From positions 44,715 through 108,714 of IMG/VR virus record IMGVR_UViG_3300046779_000684: 64,000 bases of DNA. One strand, given 5' to 3'. This stretch comes from a virus. Below are positions 46,398 to 53,424 of this stretch, piece after piece (position 1 is the first letter of the stretch; each line of letters opens with the position of its first letter). The position numbers were made by a program, and so were the translations under genes. Below the pieces are notes generated by a model that saw only the letters and a program-made list of their open reading frames with translations, did no database searches and had not been told where the DNA came from.

Positions 46398-47842
46398 ATC
46401 TTTAGCTTACCTCCTAGTAAGATTTGATAATTGACAATGTCCTGGTTAGCGATGTATGTGCCTCCTCCCGTAAGTCCAAACTTAAAGGTCTTGGTAATTG
46501 AGTAGTTTAGATTCAAGAACGGAACCACGATTGGCTGGCTCTTGAATAAACTCTCTGTGTAGTATTTTGTGTAGGGGGCGTAAACTGCCGCAGCAATGAT
46601 AGTCGCATCAACATTTCTAGAGAGTTGACCTTTGTACATGAAACCAGCAATAGCCATGGTTGAGATAATCTCCTCCTCAAAGAGTTGACCATACGAACCG
46701 GCTGCTCCGTAGAGTGCCGTAAAGTTCTTCAGGGAGTTCACTCTTACAAATAGAAGTGAACTTGTGTAGGACTTCGGCATAAGACCAAGTCCTGCTGATA
46801 ATACGTTAATGTGTTTGTTGCCTTTAGAATTGGTACCAATCCAAGATTTGATACCACTTACATTGCCTATCTTAGCGTTGACCATGTAGTCAGCAGATAG
46901 ACCTATTGACGCTGTGCCGTCTCCTTTTACTCTGGTAAAGGACATTGTACCCCTTGCGTCCTGTTTGTCGCTCCTAGCGGTCTGTATGCCTACTATATCA
47001 CCTGTAACTAGGATTGCAGGCTTTTGGGTTTCTACCTTACCCTTAGCAGCAGCTTTTGCTGTAGTTCCTCCACCTGCTTTTTGGGTTTCGGTCTTTTGCT
47101 CTTCTACTTGTTCGGGAGTTTTTTCTTCAGGTTTTTTATCAGTTCCACCGCCTGAGCCATTCCCTCCGCCAGAACCATTGCCACCGTTGCCAGAAGAAGA
47201 ACCAGAGCCACTCCCAGAGCTGTTCCCAGAACCACTAGAGCCACTAGAATTATTATTTGAATTGCTTCCATCGTTATTTACTTGTCCTTCCGACGACCCC
47301 ACGGATCCCTGTCCAGATGATTGGTCACCTGAATTAGAAGTATTCCCAGAACTACCAGTAGTGCTATTGCTTCCATTACTAGTAGGATTGTCGTTCGATT
47401 TTCCATTTTTGGTCTTGATACTTACTCCGGATGTCCCTGACGTTGTAGTCCCTCCTACTGATGTACTTGATCCTAGAGAAGTCGAAGATAAGTCCAAACT
47501 GGTCAAAGAGTTCAAAGTCATTACATTATTTACTAAACCCATTACCGTGTTGGTAGAAGTTGTCGTAGTGGTTGTGGTTAGCACTCCCTCGCATGGTTTG
47601 GTTGTGCTGAAGTTTGCGTACGTAGAATTTAACCAAGAATCAAACGTACCGTCTTGCAATTCTGTATATGAAAAAGCCCTCACCTGTCCATAGTAAGATA
47701 CCATTATAGGTGAGTTCATGTCTGCACTAATGAACTTCAACTCCTTAGTGCAGGGGTCGGTGTAACTGTACATAAAGGACTGAGCGTTTAGGCCCAGTCC
47801 AATAGTACACAACAACAACAATATTTTAACTCTTAAAGACAC
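46394..47842 (-). CDS. Putative outer-membrane beta-barrel protein with a Ser/Gly-rich linker, 482 aa
   Basis: GTG start, signal peptide LNA|Q, about 100-aa low-complexity linker, alternating amphipathic strands ending YQILLGGKLKI. Confidence 0.7.
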   Translation of the reverse strand: MSLRVKILLLLCTIGLGLNAQSFMYSYTDPCTKELKFISADMNSPIMVSYYGQVRAFSYTELQDGTFDSWLNSTYANFSTTKPCEGVLTTTTTTTSTNTVMGLVNNVMTLNSLTSLDLSSTSLGSSTSVGGTTTSGTSGVSIKTKNGKSNDNPTSNGSNSTTGSSGNTSNSGDQSSGQGSVGSSEGQVNNDGSNSNNNSSGSSGSGNSSGSGSGSSSGNGGNGSGGGNGSGGGTDKKPEEKTPEQVEEQKTETQKAGGGTTAKAAAKGKVETQKPAILVTGDIVGIQTARSDKQDARGTMSFTRVKGDGTASIGLSADYMVNAKIGNVSGIKSWIGTNSKGNKHINVLSAGLGLMPKSYTSSLLFVRVNSLKNFTALYGAAGSYGQLFEEEIISTMAIAGFMYKGQLSRNVDATIIAAAVYAPYTKYYTESLFKSQPIVVPFLNLNYSITKTFKFGLTGGGTYIANQDIVNYQILLGGKLKI

Positions 47843-48515
47843 CGTTCTTGATAAGGTTTTCGATCACTTTTGTACAAGCAGTTTCAAGTGATTTACGTGT
47901 AGCCTTACCTACTGTGCTTTGCGAGAATTTCATTCCGTCTAGGGATTTAAGGAAAGACTCACCAGTTTTGGTGGACTCGCCTTCTCCTGAACCAATAAAG
48001 ATTTGACCTGTCTTTGCATCTACAAAGCGAACCTGTAACCGGATAAAAGTAGTTACAACTACTTTAGCTTTAGCTCCTTCTACAGTTTCGTCCTCATCAA
48101 CGGCAAAGTCTGCAACAGTCACATAGACAAAGTATTGTGCAGCTTTAATTTTTCCTTTACCATCAATAGGTTCTTCAAAGACTCCTTTTTTAGAAGCCTT
48201 GAATTGGGTCACCATCCTTTCCTTGATTTCACCCTTTTCTTCAGTAAATACAAAACGATTTGTTTCATCTAAATAATCTAATACGGATTCTGCAAAGCCT
48301 AGGCCAACGTTCTTCTCTTGCAAGTCAGGATACATAGCCAATACTTTGGTCATGTCCATGCTGATTACCTGTACTGTTCTTTTGATAGAATCAGTGTAAC
48401 CAGATACAGTAGAGATGTCTGCTTTCTCAATAACCTCATCCTCGGTTGTGGTCTTCATAGAACCACAACCATAGATAAGGATTACTAATAATAGACTACC
48501 AAGGATCTTCTTCAT
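47826..48515 (-). CDS. CsgG/HfaB-family lipoprotein (start re-called at MKKILG, 229 aa)
   Basis: Lipobox LIYG|C; RFVFTE...ERM, AQYFVYVTVADF and LQVRFVDAKTGQI motifs. Confidence 0.75.
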   Translation of the reverse strand: MKKILGSLLLVILIYGCGSMKTTTEDEVIEKADISTVSGYTDSIKRTVQVISMDMTKVLAMYPDLQEKNVGLGFAESVLDYLDETNRFVFTEEKGEIKERMVTQFKASKKGVFEEPIDGKGKIKAAQYFVYVTVADFAVDEDETVEGAKAKVVVTTFIRLQVRFVDAKTGQIFIGSGEGESTKTGESFLKSLDGMKFSQSTVGKATRKSLETACTKVIENLIKNGVFKS

Positions 48516-48807
48516 CAGCTTGAGGTTTAGAAGCAGGAGCTGGGGCAGGAGCGGCAGCTGGTGCAGCCTTTTCCTTAATGATAACGGTCTTACCGCCACC
48601 AGTGTTTGCCTGTTGCTTCTGTTCGTTGTTCGTAGTGATGTTGATTACGGGTGCGGGAGCAGCTACGGCCGCTGGAGTTTCTGGGGCATCTTCACCACCA
48701 CCTAAGTGAGTAGCAAACCAAGCACCACCGGCAGTTACCGCTGTGGTAATTGCTCCAATGATTGCTTTCTTTACACCAGACATTCCGCTTTCTTGTTCTT
48801 CTGACAT
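48496..48807 (-). CDS. Single-pass membrane protein with a Pro/Ala-rich tail (start re-called at MSEEQ, 103 aa)
   Basis: AIIGAITTAVTAGGAWF hydrophobic segment followed by PAPA repeats. Confidence 0.65.
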   Translation of the reverse strand: MSEEQESGMSGVKKAIIGAITTAVTAGGAWFATHLGGGEDAPETPAAVAAPAPVINITTNNEQKQQANTGGGKTVIIKEKAAPAAAPAPAPASKPQADEEDPW

Positions 48808-48811
48808 AATA

Positions 48812-49162
48812 TTATGGGTTAGTTGTATTTGACAATGATACTCCGTCTTCCTCATCTACCTTTTGGATAAGCATTTTGTCTCTGTCTTCAGAGTTGAACC
48901 AGTAGTCAACTACTTTGTTCAAGTTACCTACAAATGCTCCGAAAAGGATGAGTAGCATTTCTTTCCAGGATTCTTGGATTTCTACTCCAAAGAATACAGC
49001 TGAATTGATTCCTGCAATAATGAAGAAGAACAGCCCCAACACAATGGCAGTGATACGCCAGCGATTCGCTTGCATTTGCTGCAACATGTAGTAGAAGCGA
49101 TTGTTCATCGGTACTTCTACAGGCTCGGCCTGAGTAATACCTAATTTTTCTTTTAGTTTCAT
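48812..49162 (-). CDS. Two-TM membrane protein (holin-like topology), 116 aa
   Basis: Two hydrophobic helices, GAFVG...VVDYWF. Confidence 0.6.
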   Translation of the reverse strand: MKLKEKLGITQAEPVEVPMNNRFYYMLQQMQANRWRITAIVLGLFFFIIAGINSAVFFGVEIQESWKEMLLILFGAFVGNLNKVVDYWFNSEDRDKMLIQKVDEEDGVSLSNTTNP

Positions 49163-51051
49163 ATGATTAATAGTTTAGAGTCTAGGACTTGTTTTTCAGT
49201 TTTAAGAGTTAAGATGTAAACTCCGTCAGGTAATCTTTCTAAGTCCACGCTGTACTTATAGTTTCCAACAGGCATGTGCTTGTCCAAGATATTCTGAACC
49301 AACTGACCTACCTCATTGTAAAGAGACAAGTTGATGTCAGATTCTTCAGCTATCTTAAACTGTACTTGAATGGCACCTTCTGAAGGATTTGGGAATGCTA
49401 CTAGGTCACTTACCTGGTCGATAGATACCAATCCTTTTCTACGAACCTCAATAATGCCCATAGCAGGATTAATATTCATATCCTTAGCCTTGTTATCACC
49501 TACGTACTTTTCTGCCGTCCAGATGGCTGCTGTGGCCCAAGAATCTTGTGGTTTCTTAGCAATGAACTGGAGAGTGAATACTTGTTCTCCGTCTTTCAGT
49601 AAATTAGCATTGGTCAAGTCAGCACCTCCCCAAGATACAATCCCGTTAGAAGGGTTTGTGTAGGCAGTCCACTTCATGATTTTTTCAGTAACCTCAATCT
49701 GTTTGAAAGACAAGTAAGCTGTGTCGTACTTAAGATCTAACTGGAGGGCAGTAAGGTCTTTGCCATTAGTCAAAACTTTAACTGGTACGCTTACCAGGTT
49801 GCCGTCCTCTACTTTGATTTTAGGCATATTGATTTCTACTGTCTCAAGAGTAGGATCATCGTAACTTACTGTTTTGTCAATGATGTAATTCTTAGCGTTT
49901 GCTGGGTTAATGATTTTGATAGGAGTCAAACGAGCACGCTTAAATCCTGTCTGGTTTGCATCACCACGCACGTTAATGTAGTAAGAGATAGAATCTTTTC
50001 CATCAACACTATAAGTAAAGTTGGTTACGCCTGTGTAAGTAGAAGTAAGGTTTGTGGCAGAACCGTTGATTGCGTTAAACTCTGATACAGTGAAAAACAA
50101 GATATCTTTCTTAGAGTTAGGCCATGCAGAGAATCTACCTGCCAAACGACCATACACACCGTATACGTCAGCGACAGTAATCAATCCGTCAGATCCGTTT
50201 ACGTCAAAAGAGTAGAAGTCAAATCCTGTAGCAGCGTATTGACCTAATACAGCTTGGTTAATCTTTTGTGCATCGGCAGTTGAGAACACAGCACCAGGAG
50301 TCATAGTATCTCCTTTAACAGCCATACGTACATCCCAGTAAGTAGTATCCAAGAATTTACGGAAGACAACAACACCAACAGAGTTAGTAGCCAAGGTCTG
50401 TACGGTTGTCCAAGTAGAAGAACCGGGAGCTTTTTTCTCTAGAGATACCCAAAGATTCTTAGCGTCTGTTCCAGTAGTGTTCATGAACTTAGCAGCAAAG
50501 CGAAGTACTTTTTGGTTGAAACGACCACCATAAGAATAAACTACCAATGTAGTATCGTTACCGTAGTTGGTAGCTGCTCTGTTTGTGAATGACTTTAAGC
50601 CACTGATTTTTAAAGTTTTAATAGAATCTAAGTTGTTCCAGACAGCTTCTGCTGCGTGAGTAAATGTAAGGTCAAAAGTAGCTCCGTTAGAATAACTGAA
50701 TGTAGCACTTGAACCTGTGTAAGCAAGAGTTACGGTCAAGAATCCTTGTGCGTTACTGTCAACATACTGAAGATACTGATCTGATGTAGAGATTTTCAAC
50801 GAAGGAACAACAGCAGTAAAGGCTGTGTTGTCGTAGAATACTCTGTACTGAAGACCGGTGATTTTCTCACTAGTTCCAGAATTGTAAAAGTAAAGAGGAG
50901 CAACAGTTTTACCAGCAGTTGTGGTTGCTACTTGATACCCTGAATCAATTGCGATCCAGTGACCAGTGCCAGGAGAAGTGGTAGCACTCTGTCCAAAGAG
51001 GCTAGCCGTGAGCAGGAATAACCCTACTACAAGCGATTGTATTTTTTTCAT
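49159..51051 (-). CDS. T9SS cargo: signal peptide, cohesin-like, beta-sandwich, dockerin-like, cohesin-like and T9SS CTD domains, 630 aa
   Basis: LFG|Q signal peptide; GLQYRVFYD and ALQLDLKYD cohesin-like motifs; DVNGSDGLITVAD; C-terminal FPNP...LYN..GQLV...LPDGVYILTL...KLLI type-A CTD. Confidence 0.85.
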   Translation of the reverse strand: MKKIQSLVVGLFLLTASLFGQSATTSPGTGHWIAIDSGYQVATTTAGKTVAPLYFYNSGTSEKITGLQYRVFYDNTAFTAVVPSLKISTSDQYLQYVDSNAQGFLTVTLAYTGSSATFSYSNGATFDLTFTHAAEAVWNNLDSIKTLKISGLKSFTNRAATNYGNDTTLVVYSYGGRFNQKVLRFAAKFMNTTGTDAKNLWVSLEKKAPGSSTWTTVQTLATNSVGVVVFRKFLDTTYWDVRMAVKGDTMTPGAVFSTADAQKINQAVLGQYAATGFDFYSFDVNGSDGLITVADVYGVYGRLAGRFSAWPNSKKDILFFTVSEFNAINGSATNLTSTYTGVTNFTYSVDGKDSISYYINVRGDANQTGFKRARLTPIKIINPANAKNYIIDKTVSYDDPTLETVEINMPKIKVEDGNLVSVPVKVLTNGKDLTALQLDLKYDTAYLSFKQIEVTEKIMKWTAYTNPSNGIVSWGGADLTNANLLKDGEQVFTLQFIAKKPQDSWATAAIWTAEKYVGDNKAKDMNINPAMGIIEVRRKGLVSIDQVSDLVAFPNPSEGAIQVQFKIAEESDINLSLYNEVGQLVQNILDKHMPVGNYKYSVDLERLPDGVYILTLKTEKQVLDSKLLII

Positions 51052-51503
51052 GGTTTGTATAATTGCATTTTTTCATAAGCATTTGCCGTTAACCATGGCT
51101 CTGGGGTTGGTAGTTTTTGGATGAAGGATAATTCGTACAGGTAGCATCTATATTCTTCTTCCTTTTCCGTAAAGACCGCATCCTCTAGCATAAATACTAG
51201 ATGAAGGCTCTCATGGATTAATACAGCCGCCAAGTTATTGATTGAGTTTAACTTGATGTCTGCATCTGCTATCAGTATGGTGTAGTCTCCTTCAAGTACA
51301 CCGTTGGAAGAAAAAGAACTTTTCCAAAAGTCGATTCTTTGGCACACATCCTTAAAGACTAGATACTTCTCAGGATCAGTAGTCTTTATGAGTTGTATAG
51401 CTGAGTCGACTTTTAAATCCCAACCGTCCCCTGCTTTAGCAATTGTTTGTGCTTGGCAAGGAACGGTTAGGAGTATTAAAAGACTGATAAACAGTCTAGA
51501 CAT
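51048..51503 (-). CDS. Exported zincin metallopeptidase, 151 aa
   Basis: Signal peptide CQA|Q; LIHESLH followed by EEYRCY. Confidence 0.7.
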   Translation of the reverse strand: MSRLFISLLILLTVPCQAQTIAKAGDGWDLKVDSAIQLIKTTDPEKYLVFKDVCQRIDFWKSSFSSNGVLEGDYTILIADADIKLNSINNLAAVLIHESLHLVFMLEDAVFTEKEEEYRCYLYELSFIQKLPTPEPWLTANAYEKMQLYKP

Positions 51504-52141
51504 TATTTTTTCTTGGCAGCTTTCTTAGCTTCACCCTTTGCTTTGTCTGCGGCAATGAAGTCACCAGACTCAATCAAAGTGTAAGTGAAAGAGTTACCAT
51601 GGATACCGCTTGCCAATTTGCAGAACTCAAGAAACTGGTTAAAGTCTCTCTCACGCTTGAACACTTGGCAACCTTCGCTCCAGTTTTCTACGAAAGTAGA
51701 ATCTGCACCAGCCTTGTGGATGTTGATACCAAAGATGCCTTCTTGGATTTTAGACTCATCATAAGTCATGTCCTTGTTAGCATCACGATAAACCTTCACG
51801 TTAGCTTTTTGCTTAAGAGCTTGGTATTTACCTTGGTGCAAGCCCAACTGGTGTGAACCACGGTATTGGCCAGGAACCAAACGAGCAACACCTGCTGCGT
51901 TGTGGAACTGCATAACACCCTTAGTACCTGGGTCAGTAGTTGCCTGCCATTGGTGAAACTGCCAAACACCTCCTACTTTGAAAGACACAGTCATAGTGTC
52001 ATCAAACAAGTTAGTAACGTCGTTACCTGTAGAAGAGTTACGTACTCCGATAATATTGATATCGTAGTCTTTTGCGCCATCAAAGTAAACATAGCCCTTG
52101 GCTTTTACTGCGGCTTCGATTTGTTCTCTAGTATAATTCAT
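51503..52141 (-). CDS. Putative endolysin, YkuD/L,D-peptidase-like, 212 aa
   Basis: INIH-x10-WSEGCQV His/Cys motif; no signal peptide; directly downstream of a holin-like gene. Confidence 0.65.
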   Translation of the reverse strand: MNYTREQIEAAVKAKGYVYFDGAKDYDINIIGVRNSSTGNDVTNLFDDTMTVSFKVGGVWQFHQWQATTDPGTKGVMQFHNAAGVARLVPGQYRGSHQLGLHQGKYQALKQKANVKVYRDANKDMTYDESKIQEGIFGINIHKAGADSTFVENWSEGCQVFKRERDFNQFLEFCKLASGIHGNSFTYTLIESGDFIAADKAKGEAKKAAKKK

Positions 52142-52143
52142 GA

Positions 52144-52398
52144 TTATTCAGATTCGCTAGGAGTAGATTCTGGCTTCTTCATGATCTTCTCTACAGAAGT
52201 CAAGCCCAAACAACCAAATGCCAACAAAGCAACAGCGTCTACCAAAGGAGTAGAAGGAGCAAAGTGAGCTTCAGTAAAAGAGTTGGCGTACAAAGTAGCG
52301 CACAAAGTCAATGTGCAAAATAAGCCGCACAAACGTTTCATGGAGACATTACCCTTCTCATCTTTGAAAAGTCCTCCAATAAAGTTTACAAATTCCAT
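52144..52398 (-). CDS. Putative holin, 84 aa
   Basis: Two TM segments, S.KR motif, charged C-terminus, first gene after its own promoter. Confidence 0.65.
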   Translation of the reverse strand: MEFVNFIGGLFKDEKGNVSMKRLCGLFCTLTLCATLYANSFTEAHFAPSTPLVDAVALLAFGCLGLTSVEKIMKKPESTPSESE

Positions 52399-52420
52399 AA
52401 GTTCAATTTTTTGTTCGAAA

Positions 52421-52452
52421 CAAAAATAAACTTTTGAAAAAATAAGTCAAGT
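52421..52452 (-). promoter_or_regulatory. Promoter of the lysis/envelope operon
   Basis: CTTGACT ... TATTTTTG with an 18-nt spacer. Confidence 0.75.
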
Positions 52453-52488
52453 AAAAAAAGAAAAACCCCCAAGGAGGTACTTGAGGGT
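52453..52488 (-). terminator. Rho-independent terminator
   Basis: CCCTCAAG-TACCTC-CTTGGGGG-TTTTTCTTTTTTT. Confidence 0.8.
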
Positions 52489-52527
52489 GATTCGAGGGCC
52501 TTAATTTGGTAGAATTAAGTAGGTATA

Positions 52528-52558
52528 CAAATATACCCAAAAAACTTAACTTACCAAA
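52528..52558 (-). promoter_or_regulatory. Promoter firing directly into the 52453-52488 terminator
   Basis: TTTG (52558-52555)-N19-TATATTTG (52535-52528). Confidence 0.6.
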
Positions 52559-52813
52559 TTATTGTTGCACGTATTCAAAAGTATGCGGGTCTACCAGACC
52601 TTTACCATACTTCTGTTCTAGTGCACCAAAAAATTGGTTTTGCTCAGTAACAACCTGAGCCATGCCGTCTTTAATCTGCTCTTTTACGTTGAGCAAATCA
52701 GACAACTGGAGTTCTACTTTACCCAAGTCAATAATGACTTGGTGTACTTTCTTTTGGAACTCTTGGAGAGCAGCTTTTTCTGCCTCGTCAAGAAGAATTC
52801 TAGATTCGCTCAT
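52559..52813 (-). CDS. Small coiled-coil protein (tail-fibre associated), 84 aa
   Basis: Heptad pattern; downstream of the fibre genes. Confidence 0.6.
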   Translation of the reverse strand: MSESRILLDEAEKAALQEFQKKVHQVIIDLGKVELQLSDLLNVKEQIKDGMAQVVTEQNQFFGALEQKYGKGLVDPHTFEYVQQ

Positions 52814-52814
52814 A

Positions 52815-53081
52815 TTACTTAAGTGCGTCTAAGATTTGTGCTTTAGAGAGAATAGTCAACTGCTCGTGACTCTCTACAAAAGTCTTTAGGTTCTGAAGAT
52901 CGCTAGGATCCAACTCCAAGGTTTCACCATTGTGAAGTTTCAAAGCCCAAGCCATGTACTTCAATGCATCACCTTTATTAGAGGTTACAAGCATCTGTGC
53001 TACAAGTTTACCCAGGTTAGAACCTTCAATTGCATTACCATCTAAGTCGGTAATTGATTTGTTTAAATCTACTTTTGTCAT
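52815..53081 (-). CDS. Small tail-fibre-associated protein, 88 aa
   Basis: LDG..I...LGKLVA..L...LKY..WA..L pattern, recalled from genes after Bacteroidota phage fibres. Confidence 0.55.
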   Translation of the reverse strand: MTKVDLNKSITDLDGNAIEGSNLGKLVAQMLVTSNKGDALKYMAWALKLHNGETLELDPSDLQNLKTFVESHEQLTILSKAQILDALK

Positions 53082-53099
53082 ATTGGTTGGTTTTTAAGT

Positions 53100-53387
53100 T
53101 TATTCAGTTACAGGGATGAATCCCAATTCTTCCAAGGCCCAGTCAACTACGTAACTATCGTCATCTGCCCACAAAGCGTAAACTTCGCTAGACATAGTCA
53201 AGTTACCATCCATCAAACTAGAGCCGGGGCTAAGAATAGTTTCTCCTTCCATACTTGACTCTACCTCTGACAAAATCTGCCAGTAGAAAGTAACTGAAGT
53301 AGGATTCATTGGAAAATTCAAAGCAATGATATTAAAGTACTTAGCAACACCTTTGGTTGGTACATTTACATCTTCTATCTTAATCAT
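53100..53387 (-). CDS. Small acidic protein (possible fibre chaperone), 95 aa
   Basis: Position after the last fibre gene; W...D.YV..W...LG motif. Confidence 0.55.
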   Translation of the reverse strand: MIKIEDVNVPTKGVAKYFNIIALNFPMNPTSVTFYWQILSEVESSMEGETILSPGSSLMDGNLTMSSEVYALWADDDSYVVDWALEELGFIPVTE

Positions 53388-53391
53388 ATTT

Positions 53392-53424
53392 CAAATATAA
53401 TATTTTAAATTATAAAGTCAAGTT
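53392..53424 (-). promoter_or_regulatory. Promoter, probably producing a leaderless mRNA
   Basis: AACTTGACT ... TATATTTG (18-nt spacer); the ATG begins 5 nt after the final G. Confidence 0.75.

Noticed and set aside
46914-47693. 259-aa plus-strand ORF
   Set aside because: Antisense shadow of the low-complexity Ser/Gly linker in the barrel gene; no promoter or recognisable domain
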